The notes under the pieces are model-generated. The model was not told where the DNA came from, searched no databases, and worked only from the letters and a program-made list of their open reading frames with translations. DNA of 62,932 bases, filler included, from Candidatus Fermentibacterota bacterium (lineage in GTDB: Bacteria > JAFGKV01): NCBI GenBank assembly GCA_016928395.1. It is 6 parts of 6 records of this genome, joined end to end, with 100 filler letters (N's around TTAATTAATTAA, not from the genome) between each part and the next. Parts side by side here need not be neighbours in the genome. Positions count along the whole stretch, not along the records: positions 12,270 to 21,474 come from JAFGKV010000119.1; positions 21,575 to 44,742 come from JAFGKV010000121.1; 4 more parts are not named here. The stretch is one strand, 5' to 3'. Both the position numbers and the translations under genes were made by a program. Positions 18,616 to 28,184 of this stretch are shown in pieces (position 1 is the first letter of the stretch; each line of letters begins with the position of its first letter).

Positions 18616-19143
18616 CTATCCCTCGATGTCGTCACTGAAGAGATCAACCCCCGCTAGACCCACGACGAAGTCTATTAGCTCCCCAGGATTCATCCCCAGC
18701 CGGATCGATGGCCCAAGCCCCGCGGCAACCTCGATCTGCGTGTAGAACTGCGGAGTTGCAGCGGAATGGCGGAAAAGCTCAAACTCGCCTCCCCTGGTCC
18801 ACGGGCCAATCCCGACGGCCATGAAGTCCTTGTGGCGCTGGTCTACCACTTCTCCCGGGGGGGAGAACACCTCCATGCGGTAGACTAAAAGGTCGACATC
18901 GGACACGGGCGGACCGCCTTGCTCGTACAGCATTCCCAGGCGACCTCCACGGAGCCCCATCACGTCACGATTGGCGAACAGGCCGGCACCGATGGCGCTC
19001 ACCCGGGCCCTGACGCCGACGCCGTACCCAAAGGAGATGGTGGCCACATCCGCCGCATCCCGAACCCGGTTGGTGAGGTAGGGGGACGAGCATGCCAGGG
19101 CGGTGACGGCCAGGCATGCCACCACCGGCAAGAGCACTCTCAA
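18616..19143 (-). CDS. Hypothetical lipoprotein
   Basis: Signal peptide with ALAC lipobox; C-terminal G.NPGELIDF..G..G.D...DD. Confidence 0.7.
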   Translation of the reverse strand: MRVLLPVVACLAVTALACSSPYLTNRVRDAADVATISFGYGVGVRARVSAIGAGLFANRDVMGLRGGRLGMLYEQGGPPVSDVDLLVYRMEVFSPPGEVVDQRHKDFMAVGIGPWTRGGEFELFRHSAATPQFYTQIEVAAGLGPSIRLGMNPGELIDFVVGLAGVDLFSDDIEG

Positions 19144-19268
19144 GGCAGTCTCATCGCCAGGTTCGGGAGGCTTGAGGTTGGATGAGTGGAAGACTGCAGC
19201 ACTGAGGAAAGGGGGTCACCTGACCTGCGCCATAGCGCGCGAACCGCATCCATCCGGTCATCCCACCT

Positions 19269-20573
19269 CTACTTGTTCACATTGCTCTCCCGCATCGGGT
19301 CGGTGAACATCACGTGACCGTAGTACGGGCCCCAGCTCCCGTCGCTGAGCCTGTCCTTGCTGACATCAATGGTGTACAGCACGACGTCATTGCCCCGTTT
19401 GCCCGCGATCTGGGCCGTGACGGAGCGGGTCGTACGGAATCGAAGAGCTGAGTAAGTGCCGTCGGTTGGCTCCCAGCGACTCTCTTCCTTCCAGTCGTTG
19501 CTTATCACCGTCGTGCGGAGGATCCTGGCATCGGGGTGTTTCTTCTGGAGGAGTTCGCCAGCCTTCGTCTTGATCTGGCTCGCCTCGCTTCCGGTGAAGC
19601 CGTCAGGCTTCATGAGGGTCTGGTCGATGCGCGCATGCCGGATGGCCTCATCACGCCTCTCGAGATCGCGCAGCCGATTACGGAGTTGCGCCGGACGCGG
19701 GTCATCGGGGCCTGCCGCTGCGGCGCCCCGCTCGATCAAGGTCTGGATGCGGGTGATCTGGCTCTTCTGGAGCGTCAGCAAGGTCTCAGACGTCTCCTTC
19801 TTGGCCTCCTGGCGGCTGACAAAATCGGCAGCATACCCAAGTTCACGCTCGGCTTCTTCCAAATCCATCAGGGCGTATTCCCTGCACGATTCGGCGAAGC
19901 TCTGCAATGCCCGATCAAGGTCCTCCTCCACCGTGGCCAGTTCATCAGTCTTCTTCTCTGCCGAGGGAGAGGCACGAAACTCCTTCAGCGCCGCTTCGGC
20001 CTCGGCGTAGATGGCCATGCGCTTGGCCATCTCCTCCTCTTCCTGGGTTGCGCTGGGGATCAGGTATTTGTCGCGGTTGTGATCGGGCCTTCCCAAAGGG
20101 ATCACATACGGCTTGAGAGCCGTCAGCCAGTCGGCCGAAGCCGTCTCCATGTCGGCGGCCACGGCCTGAGCCTCAGCAGCTTTCTGGATATCGCCGGCCT
20201 GGAGGGCATCGGCCGCGGCCTCCAGGGCATCGATGCGCGCGTACGCAGCCTCCATCTCTGCATTGCCTGCTGGAATCTGCGACCCGAAGCGATCCTGAAT
20301 CTCATCCATCTTGGCACGGCCACTCTTCACGGCGGCCTGGGCTGTCGTGACCCGGTAGTCCGTACTCAGGTTGGTCGACTGCTCTCCCATGACCCGCTCG
20401 CCTTTGGCAAGAATCCTGTCCAACTCCTTCAGGCGGAACGACGCGCCGGAAGGCAGCGTGTCCTGGGCGAGGGCCGGGACGGCCAGAAGGAGCACGACAG
20501 CCGCGGCCAGGATGGGCGGCACTAGCATACACGCGAGGGAACCGTAACCATGGGTGAAAGCGATACGACGCAT
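19269..20573 (-). CDS. Secreted alpha-helical hypothetical protein
   Basis: AAGGAGG RBS before ATG 20573; signal peptide ending ALA-Q; helical body and beta-rich C-terminus. Confidence 0.75.
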   Translation of the reverse strand: MRRIAFTHGYGSLACMLVPPILAAAVVLLLAVPALAQDTLPSGASFRLKELDRILAKGERVMGEQSTNLSTDYRVTTAQAAVKSGRAKMDEIQDRFGSQIPAGNAEMEAAYARIDALEAAADALQAGDIQKAAEAQAVAADMETASADWLTALKPYVIPLGRPDHNRDKYLIPSATQEEEEMAKRMAIYAEAEAALKEFRASPSAEKKTDELATVEEDLDRALQSFAESCREYALMDLEEAERELGYAADFVSRQEAKKETSETLLTLQKSQITRIQTLIERGAAAAGPDDPRPAQLRNRLRDLERRDEAIRHARIDQTLMKPDGFTGSEASQIKTKAGELLQKKHPDARILRTTVISNDWKEESRWEPTDGTYSALRFRTTRSVTAQIAGKRGNDVVLYTIDVSKDRLSDGSWGPYYGHVMFTDPMRESNVNK

Positions 20574-20691
20574 TGGCGACCTCCTTACGTCATTGATGGC
20601 CCCGGGAAACATGGCATTGTGCTGCGAGAATCCCTTCAAGGTATCTGCCATTCGGCCGCGGTCAACCAGGCCCGACCAGGGCCGCGGTCTC

Positions 20692-21318
20692 TCAGGGCCA
20701 GAGAGCGGCGAGATCAGGGACTGCTGCGAACCGGGTCCACGATGAACTCGTCATTTCTCCTACCAAGGAGAACAGGGCCTCCAGGGGGAAGCCAGCGACA
20801 TTGCTGCATGAGCCGTCAATTCGTTCCACGATCATGGACCCCAGCCCCTGGAGACCATACGCGCCAGCCTTGTCGCGCGGCTCTCCCGAGCGGACATAGA
20901 ACTGGATCTCAGATACGGAAAGGGAGCGAAACTTCACGAGACTCTCTACCTCTCTTGATGCCGAACCGACGGAAGTCCCAAGAGCAACTGCGGTGAGCAC
21001 CCGGTGCCACCTTCCCGAGAGCCGCCGGAGCATGACCTCTGCTTCCTTATCATCCGCAGGTTTTCCGAGCACGTCATTCCCGACCACTACGATGGTATCC
21101 GCGGCGATGACCGCCGCATCCAGATGACGTGGTTGCACCTCGGCGAGTTTGTCGAAGGCTGCCCGGCGGACGAAGACTTCCGGCGGTTCCCCCGGCAGGC
21201 GTATCTCTTCCACGTGGGCCGGATCGACTACGCAGTCGAATCCTATGGCCCGGAGAAAGCGCAGGCGTCGCGGGGATGCGGAAGCAAGGACCCAGGAGCT
21301 GGGGGGTTCACGGTTCAT
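20692..21318 (-). CDS. maf: Maf-family nucleoside triphosphate pyrophosphatase
   Basis: LASASPRR, AADTIV, LGKP, DKAGAYG.QG, NVAGFP. Confidence 0.95.
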   Translation of the reverse strand: MNREPPSSWVLASASPRRLRFLRAIGFDCVVDPAHVEEIRLPGEPPEVFVRRAAFDKLAEVQPRHLDAAVIAADTIVVVGNDVLGKPADDKEAEVMLRRLSGRWHRVLTAVALGTSVGSASREVESLVKFRSLSVSEIQFYVRSGEPRDKAGAYGLQGLGSMIVERIDGSCSNVAGFPLEALFSLVGEMTSSSWTRFAAVPDLAALWP

Positions 21319-21474
21319 GGTCTGTCCCGCCTTGCGAGAGGTCCTGAGGATTCAGGGGTCAGGGAATGAAGCACACGGTTCAGCACGACGACCCCCTCGG
21401 CTGAGGCGTTTGAGTGCGATGTGAGTCGCTTCGCCGCAACCAGTAGTCGTCAGTAGTCACTACAGCCTTCGAAA

Positions 21475-21574
21475 NNNNNNNNNNNNNNNNNNNNNNNNNN
21501 NNNNNNNNNNNNNNNNNNTTAATTAATTAANNNNNNNNNNNNNNNNNNNNNNNNNNNNNNNNNNNNNNNNNNNN
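21475..21574. other. Artificial contig spacer
   Basis: N44-TTAATTAATTAA-N44. Confidence 0.99.
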
Positions 21575-21789
21575 CTCCCGCACGCCGCTGGGCACCTCTG
21601 GATGCTGGTCGGGCCCGACAGCCGATAGCTGACAGCCGATAGCCACCAGCGGGCCGTACTCCCAACTCGAAAAACCTGGGTGCAGTCGCCTCCAGAGGCC
21701 TTACTGATCACTGACAACTGCCGAGCGAGGGAGGGAAGCGGCGAACGTCGAACTGAGGGACGAGCGAAGACGAGATTCGTGGCTCCTCC

Positions 21790-22551
21790 TCACCGGGCGT
21801 CTCGCGCCTGTGGGGGAACGGGCAACTCCTTCCCCGGCCTGAGTGGGGGCTCATCGCCCCGAATCGCCGTGTTTCCGGGATCCCCGGAGGAATGGTCTTC
21901 CCGGGAGTCCGCGAGAAACACGAAAGGCACTGCCACCCAAACCCCGACCGGAAACGAATCACCACTCTCGCAGACCCACGTGCAGGGTTTGAAACTCCAT
22001 TGGCATACAGCCTGGAATGCCGCGTCGTACAACTCGGGTCGTCCCCGTTCGCGCTCCACCCGAGCCACCCTGCCGTCACGATTCACGAAGCAGAGGGCTA
22101 CGACAGTATCATTGACACCCTCTCCCCGAAGCGATTCGGGGTATGCCGGGTCTACCCTGAGCAGGATCTTAGGTCGTGTGCTCGGACAGCACCCGTCGTG
22201 AAAGCCCGTGCCGTCCTTCCAGCAGTCCATCGCGGCGCGAAGGCTGTCACGTATGTCATCATGGAGGGGATGCGCGGGGTTGAGGATTGGATCCCCGGTC
22301 ACGTCGGCGCTATCGGTTACCCCGGGGCATCGACATCCCCGGGCAAGGTCGCGAGCGAGGGCTTCGTGCTGGGCGCTATCTGAGCCTGCGCGAACGGCCT
22401 CCAGGGGCGTCGATTCTCGCATGGAGTCGCCGACTGGGGCGACAGACGCGGGAGGTTCCGCGGCGATGGTACCACCTAGTGTGAGAACCGCCAGAAGAAA
22501 GAAGGTCACGTGCCCAGGATTCTGCTTCCCTCGCTGTCTACAGCCTTCCAT
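21790..22551 (-). CDS. TonB C-terminal domain protein (start uncertain)
   Basis: N-terminal TM; P.YPE..R.EG...V....FVNRDG.V; AA..AV.QW.FKP. Confidence 0.7.
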   Translation of the reverse strand: MEGCRQRGKQNPGHVTFFLLAVLTLGGTIAAEPPASVAPVGDSMRESTPLEAVRAGSDSAQHEALARDLARGCRCPGVTDSADVTGDPILNPAHPLHDDIRDSLRAAMDCWKDGTGFHDGCCPSTRPKILLRVDPAYPESLRGEGVNDTVVALCFVNRDGRVARVERERGRPELYDAAFQAVCQWSFKPCTWVCESGDSFPVGVWVAVPFVFLADSREDHSSGDPGNTAIRGDEPPLRPGKELPVPPQARDAR

Positions 22552-23150
22552 CCTTCCGGGGAGGAGGCGCTGGGGGCCAGGGGGTTCGGGCCGAGGGGGG
22601 CTGAGGAGCGGGTAGTGTTCTGTGTGATTTCAACGCCCCGAATCGAGTGACGGCCCTCCGTGCCGACGCTGCCGGCGGATGCGCTACCAACTGCCACGAA
22701 TGTGCCTGAGATCCAATCGGGATCATCGCTGCCCCACGATGAAGACGAGTGTCGGAAGAGGACACGGCGAAGGAACAAGGAGGCCGGCGGGACGTCAAGC
22801 GGCTGGGCATCGTGAAGGCGCCCGCCCAGGCACTGCACGCACCTTCTGTCGTGGGGTATTCCGCCAATAGAAATCGACCTTCTGGATGATCGCCTCGGTA
22901 GTGGCCGGGGCGGTGGCGATCACAGAGGAGGACTGAGTGGGCGGGGATGGCTCGTATTCATGATGCGGCGGAAAGATCACGTTGGGGTGGATGCCGGGGT
23001 AGAAGAGAGGTATATTGCTCAAACACCAGTCTCGAAATGCCCGGCCCGGCGCTTTTCCCGGCAAGGGCATGGAACACGCAGCAGGCACACGTGGTCACGC
23101 GGCCTTCCTCAAGGTCGCGCAGCCGTTCAGATCAGACCCCAGGAGCGCCC

Positions 23151-23618
23151 ATGCAGCACGACCAGCGATTGCTTGAGGACACCGACCGCATCCTTGCCCG
23201 CAACAACCATGACGCGAATGCCCTGATCGCCATTCTCCAAGACGTGCAGCGCAAGGTGGGCTATCTGCCCATCGACTCGCTGCGACGCATCGCGGAGACG
23301 CTGCGGGTCCCGCTCTCCCGGGTATACGCCGTCGCCACGTTCTACAAGGCCTTCAAGCTCAAGCCGGCGGGCAGGCACATTGTGAAGATATGCCTGGGCA
23401 CGGCCTGCCATATCAAAGGCGGTGGAGAGATCATGAGGGCCATGGAGACCGAGCTGAACGTCAAACCCGAAGAGGCTACGCCGGATGGCCGGTTCTCCTA
23501 CGAGGCGGTCCGCTGCGTGGGATGCTGCGGCCTGGCGCCGGTCATCATGGTTGATGAGAGTTTCCACGGCAAGGTGGGGGCGAAGGACGTCAAGCAAGTG
23601 CTCGCGAAGTACAGCTAG
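23151..23618 (+). CDS. NuoE/HydC/StnA-like [2Fe-2S] subunit
   Basis: VATFY, CLGTACH, CVGCCGLAP; AGGAG RBS. Confidence 0.92.
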   Translation: MQHDQRLLEDTDRILARNNHDANALIAILQDVQRKVGYLPIDSLRRIAETLRVPLSRVYAVATFYKAFKLKPAGRHIVKICLGTACHIKGGGEIMRAMETELNVKPEEATPDGRFSYEAVRCVGCCGLAPVIMVDESFHGKVGAKDVKQVLAKYS

Positions 23619-23638
23619 CAGCGGAAGAGAGGTCATCC

Positions 23639-23992
23639 GTGCGTCTGACCGAGATCATGGCTCTGCTGAATGCCGATCCGCTCGTCCTCGACGATGGCAT
23701 GGACCGGGAGATCACCAGTGTGCACGCGTCGGATCTCATCAGCGAGGTCTTGGCATCGTGTTCCAGGGGCGCACTCTGGCTCACCGGCTTGCTGGACCCG
23801 CAGATCGTCAATACCGCCGAACTGTTCGACCTGGCCGGCGTGGTGTTCGTGGGCAATAGGAAGCCCTCCGGCGGGATCATCGCTTTGGCCCGCGAGGAGG
23901 GCATCCCGATTCTGGCCACCAAGCTGACGATGTTCGAGACCTGCGGAGTCCTCTATGGGAAGGGGCTTCTTCCCGGAACGCGGGGGAGATGA
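23639..23992 (+). CDS. DRTGG-domain protein
   Basis: ASDLISEVL, LWLTGL, MFETCG.LY; typical of hyd gene clusters. Confidence 0.8.
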   Translation: MRLTEIMALLNADPLVLDDGMDREITSVHASDLISEVLASCSRGALWLTGLLDPQIVNTAELFDLAGVVFVGNRKPSGGIIALAREEGIPILATKLTMFETCGVLYGKGLLPGTRGR

Positions 23993-24457
23993 TTGGCCGC
24001 TTCGACTCATGGTCCGGTGCTGTTTCGTCGCTCTTTCAAGGTTGTGGGATCGGATTTTCTAAACGCCGGTTCGGTGTCAAAGGACATCAAGAAGGCGCTG
24101 AAGCAGCTCAATGTGGATGCAGAGGTGATCTGGCGTGCGTTGATCGTCTCCTATGAGGCGGAGATGAATGCCGTGCTCTATGCCCACGAATGTGACATTA
24201 CCCTGGAGATTTCGCATAGTGGAATCCACCTGGTGTTCGATGACCGGGGTCCCGGCATCCCGGATATAGCGTTGGCCATGACCGAGGGATTCTCGACCGC
24301 CACCAGGGAGATGCGCGAACGGGGATTCGGCGCCGGCCTGGGGTTGCCCAATATCAAGAAGACATCGGATAGCCTCGAGGTGACATCCACCGTGGGCAAG
24401 GGCACGAGGCTCGACATCCACATACTGTTTCCCCAGGCCCAATCCAAGGCGGCGTGA
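23993..24457 (+). CDS. Anti-sigma-type Ser/Thr kinase (HATPase_c)
   Basis: YEAEMN, DRGPGIPDI, GFGAGLGLPNIK. Confidence 0.88.
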   Translation: MAASTHGPVLFRRSFKVVGSDFLNAGSVSKDIKKALKQLNVDAEVIWRALIVSYEAEMNAVLYAHECDITLEISHSGIHLVFDDRGPGIPDIALAMTEGFSTATREMRERGFGAGLGLPNIKKTSDSLEVTSTVGKGTRLDIHILFPQAQSKAA

Positions 24458-24507
24458 CCATGATCGCAGCGATGCGAGGCTTTGCCTCGGTGTAGCAGGA
24501 GGCGGAA

Positions 24508-25806
24508 ATGCTGCTCCACGACCAAATGCACTCTATCATGGTGGACAAGGATCTCTGCACGGGATGCGTTCTCTGCACGTTGGCCTGCCCGGTGCAGGCC
24601 ATCCGCGTCAGAGACGGCAAGGCCGACGTGGTGAAGAGCAATCAGTGCATCGACTGCGGCGAGTGCCTCCGCGTCTGCCCTCAGCAGGCGGTTCGTTCCA
24701 TGACCACGCAACGGCAGGATTTGACCGGCTACAAGGCGCTGGCCGCCCTGCCGTCCCCGGTGCTCTATGCCCAGTTCGGAGAGGGGCATACCCCCAACGA
24801 CATCTTGCTCGCGCTGAAGAGTGTCGGCTTTGATTATGTGTTTGATCTGGCGGTCAACTGCGAGATGGTCTTCGTCGCCATCGACGAGTATCTGCGGCGC
24901 AATCCCGCGCCGCGCCCCATGATCTCCAACTTCTGCCCGCCCATCGCACGGATGATCCTGAAGAGCTACCCGAACCTCGTGTCACACATCCTGCCCATCG
25001 AAGTGCCCAGGGAGACGGCGGCCAAGGCCGCCCGGCGCCGGATCACCAGGGACCGGGGCATCCCTCCCGACCAGATCGGAGTCTTCCATATCACGCCGTG
25101 CGCGGCCAAGATGGTCTCCATCATGAAACCGGTGGGGGTCGATAAGTCGGATCTCGATGGCGCCATCGCCATTCGCGATCTCTATGTGCCCATGATGAAA
25201 GCGCTGGAATCCGTCGAGGAGATAGAAGACGAATCGGTTCTGCAGCGATCCAGCGGCGTCGGCATCAGTTGGTCTATTGGCCGTGGAAGCGTTCGTGGGC
25301 TCCCCAACCGGCCCTCCCTTTCGGTGACCGGCGTCAAGGATGTCATCAGGATTCTTGATGATGTGGATGCGGGAAGGGTCAACGGGATCGACTACCTTGA
25401 ACTGTCCATCTGCCCCGGCGGCTGCGTCGGCGGCCCCTTGGTCGTCGAGAACAAGCATGTTGCCACCAGCCGGATCGAGGACCTCATCACGCAGTACGGC
25501 GTTCGGAGCAGAATCGATGCCCGAAAGGTTTTGCGAACCTACGAGCAGACCTACCTCTTGAGCAGCGCTCGGTTCCGGGCCGAGGAGCCGCCGCCGCTGG
25601 ATACCGATCTCGACCGTGCCCTGGAGAAGATGAACCGCATCGAGGAACTGGTGGGCATTCTCCCCGGCAAGCAGTGCGGGGCCTGCGGCGCGCCCTCGTG
25701 CCGGGACTTGGCCGAGGATATCGTCCGGGGCAATGCGTCGCTTTCTGACTGCGTGTTCATCCGTGTGAAGGAGCTGGAAGATGCGTGTGCGCGATCTGGT
25801 GACTGA
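24508..25806 (+). CDS. [FeFe]-hydrogenase large-subunit-domain protein (group D/sensory-like)
   Basis: 2x[4Fe-4S] N-terminus; ISNFCPP, ITPCAAK and ELSICPGGCVGG; C-terminal CGACGAPSC..C. Confidence 0.85.
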   Translation: MLLHDQMHSIMVDKDLCTGCVLCTLACPVQAIRVRDGKADVVKSNQCIDCGECLRVCPQQAVRSMTTQRQDLTGYKALAALPSPVLYAQFGEGHTPNDILLALKSVGFDYVFDLAVNCEMVFVAIDEYLRRNPAPRPMISNFCPPIARMILKSYPNLVSHILPIEVPRETAAKAARRRITRDRGIPPDQIGVFHITPCAAKMVSIMKPVGVDKSDLDGAIAIRDLYVPMMKALESVEEIEDESVLQRSSGVGISWSIGRGSVRGLPNRPSLSVTGVKDVIRILDDVDAGRVNGIDYLELSICPGGCVGGPLVVENKHVATSRIEDLITQYGVRSRIDARKVLRTYEQTYLLSSARFRAEEPPPLDTDLDRALEKMNRIEELVGILPGKQCGACGAPSCRDLAEDIVRGNASLSDCVFIRVKELEDACARSGD

Positions 25807-26125
25807 ACTGGGGCTCGAGGTCATCCATGAGGGGGATCACATGGACGATCCGGTCGAGGGCGGCTATGTCGGCGACCTTCTCAGCGATGTCATCGCCTCA
25901 GGCAGGCGCAATGACGTGTGGCTTACCATCCAATCCCATGAAAACATCATTGCTGTGGCATCACTCAAGGATCTGGCGGCCATCGTGTTGGCAAAAAGCA
26001 CCACGCCCCATGACGAGACAATCCTGCATGCCCAACGTGAGGGCGTGACCCTGCTGCGGTCGAACCTGACCTCGTACCAGCTTGTTGCACGACTCGCTGC
26101 TCTGGGAGTCAGCGGTGATCGGTGA
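25781..26125 (+). CDS. DRTGG / HPr-kinase N-terminal-like protein
   Basis: GGYVGDLLSDV, WLTIQSH.NI.AVA. Confidence 0.8.
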   Translation: MRVRDLVTELGLEVIHEGDHMDDPVEGGYVGDLLSDVIASGRRNDVWLTIQSHENIIAVASLKDLAAIVLAKSTTPHDETILHAQREGVTLLRSNLTSYQLVARLAALGVSGDR

Positions 26126-26874
26126 TGGTGCGGTGTTTCAAGGCGGATCTGCATACCCACACCTGCCTGTCACCATGCAGCGACCTGGAGATGTCTCCCC
26201 AGGGGATCGTGCAGGCTGCGGTGGCTCGGGGATTGGACATCATCGGCATCAGCGACCACAACTCTGCTGCCAATGCCCAGGCGGTGATCCGGGCCGCCCG
26301 CGAGGCGCCGCTCTTGGTCATACCGGGAATGGAAATCACCACGGCGGAAGAAGTCCATGTGCTGGCGCTGTTTCCTTCAGTCGAGACCGCTTTGCAGGTG
26401 CAGCGGACCATGTATGCCGGGCTCGGCACCTCCGACAGCGAGGGCTATATCCAAGAGCAGGTTTTGGCGAATGAAGACGATGAGGTGGAAGGCTTCTGTT
26501 CCCATCTCTTGGTGGGCGCCTCGCTGCTCTCCCTGCAGCGCATCGTGCGACTCGTGAAGGGCGAGGGAGGGCTGGCCATCGCTGCCCACGTTGACCGGCA
26601 GGCCTTCGGCATCATCGGTGTGCTGGGGTTCATTCCCTTGCAGCTTGAGTTTGACGCTCTGGAGGTCTCCCGGCACGTACCCCTGCCCGTGGCAGCACAG
26701 ACCTTTCCCATGTACTCTCACCATGCGTTTATCACCAGTTCCGACGCCCACTATCTCAAAGACGTGGGCGCGGTCTGCACGGGCTTGTTGCTGGAAGAGC
26801 CCACGGTGGAAGAGGTCTGGGCCGCGTTCCAGGGCCGGGCCGGCCGACGCATAGCGCCTGAGGGCTGCGGATGA
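26122..26874 (+). CDS. PHP-domain phosphoesterase
   Basis: DLHTHTCLSPC, SDHN, GME, AH, SSDAH. Confidence 0.9.
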   Translation: MMVRCFKADLHTHTCLSPCSDLEMSPQGIVQAAVARGLDIIGISDHNSAANAQAVIRAAREAPLLVIPGMEITTAEEVHVLALFPSVETALQVQRTMYAGLGTSDSEGYIQEQVLANEDDEVEGFCSHLLVGASLLSLQRIVRLVKGEGGLAIAAHVDRQAFGIIGVLGFIPLQLEFDALEVSRHVPLPVAAQTFPMYSHHAFITSSDAHYLKDVGAVCTGLLLEEPTVEEVWAAFQGRAGRRIAPEGCG

Positions 26875-26875
26875 G

Positions 26876-27139
26876 AGGGTTCAGGGTTCAGGGTTCAGGG
26901 TTCAGGGGAGGGCTAGGGGGTCGGTATCGCTCTCGCAGTCGCTATCGAATCCACGGACCATCGTCGATACCGATAGGGAAGACATTCGCGTTACCAGTCC
27001 CGAACCCCGCCCGCTGGTGGGGGACGGTCGACCCCCTACGGGCAGTGTGTCGGCGGGCCGAGCTTTCGACTCCCGCGGGATCTGGCGGCTCCCACGCCTT
27101 CAGAGGCAGTGCTGAACCCCGAACCCTGACCCCTGAAAC
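26876..27139. mobile_element. Non-coding insert bounded by inverted heptamer arrays (AGGGTTC)4 ... (CTGAACC-like)4
   Basis: Between the PHP and kinase genes; right end similar to 59240-59273 and to the reverse complement of 44620-44655. Confidence 0.6.
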
Positions 27140-27169
27140 TTGCGGCCCAAAGCCTGACGAAGCACGGCG

Positions 27170-27706
27170 ATGAAGGAGCTGGCATTGCACATCCTCGATA
27201 TCGCAGAGAACTCATTGCGGGCGGGCGCCTCCAGAATCGATATCGAGATCGTGGAGGACCCGGCGGAAGACACGGTACGGGTCGCCATCACCGATGATGG
27301 CCGCGGCATGGATGAGGAGACGCTCAAGAAGGCCCTGGATCCTTTCTTCACGACCAAGGATGTACGCAAGGTGGGCATGGGGCTCTCTCTGCTGCGCCAG
27401 GCGGCCCGAAGGACCGGGGGGGACTTGCGTGTGCAGTCACGCCCCGGGGAAGGCACCGCGGTGACCGCCGAGTTCGTGCGCTCCCACATCGATCGCCAGC
27501 CCCTGGGCGATATGGCATCGACCATCACCGCGGTCTTGCTGCAAAACCCCGCGATAGAGCTGCGGTATCACCACGCCATCGGCGCGGATGGGTTCACGTT
27601 CGATACGTCTCAGGTTCGATCCGTGCTCGATGGCGTGCCTCTGTCAGACCCTGAAGTGCTCCAGTTCATCGGAAATCTGATACGAGAACGGCAACAACTC
27701 ACCTGA
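27170..27706 (+). CDS. HATPase_c histidine-kinase-like ATP-binding protein
   Basis: ELALHILDIAENS, DDGRGM, DPFFTT, GMGL, HIDRQPLG. Confidence 0.88.
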   Translation: MKELALHILDIAENSLRAGASRIDIEIVEDPAEDTVRVAITDDGRGMDEETLKKALDPFFTTKDVRKVGMGLSLLRQAARRTGGDLRVQSRPGEGTAVTAEFVRSHIDRQPLGDMASTITAVLLQNPAIELRYHHAIGADGFTFDTSQVRSVLDGVPLSDPEVLQFIGNLIRERQQLT

Positions 27707-27737
27707 GCGGCGCTCACAGTTCTGGGAAGGTAGACTC

Positions 27738-28121
27738 ATGGCAAAGCTGACCATCGAAGAACTCCGACGCATTCGAGACGAGGCGAAACGATCGCGCACC
27801 TTGCGTGAGGGCGAAGGTAAGGCCCGGATCACGGTACACATGGGCACCTGCGGCATCGCCTCCGGGGCCCGAGAGGTGATGAACGCACTGCTGGGCGCCA
27901 TTGACGAGCACGGCATCCAGGATGTGCTGGTGACCACGTCGGGCTGTGCCGGGCTCTGCAGTCATGAGCCCATGGCCACCGTGGAGTACCGTGACACCCC
28001 TCCGGTGAAATATGCCAAGCTCACCCCGGAAAGCATCGTGCGGGTTCTGCTGGAGCATGCTGATAAGGGGGCCATCGTCCGTGAACACGCGCTGGCCATC
28101 GGCAGCGAGAAGATGAGCTAG
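27738..28121 (+). CDS. Thioredoxin-like [2Fe-2S] ferredoxin (HndB/HydD-like)
   Basis: VHMGTCGIASGAR, SGCAGLCSHEP. Confidence 0.88.
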   Translation: MAKLTIEELRRIRDEAKRSRTLREGEGKARITVHMGTCGIASGAREVMNALLGAIDEHGIQDVLVTTSGCAGLCSHEPMATVEYRDTPPVKYAKLTPESIVRVLLEHADKGAIVREHALAIGSEKMS

Positions 28122-28184
28122 CCATGAGCGCAGCACAGTATACCCACATTGCCTCCACCGCCAGGAGCCGCCGAGGGGGACTGC

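Noticed and set aside
26871-27173. 100-aa ORF bridging the PHP and kinase genes
   Set aside because: It is a translation of the repeat arms (RVQGSGFR, EPRTLTPE) with no protein-like motif.
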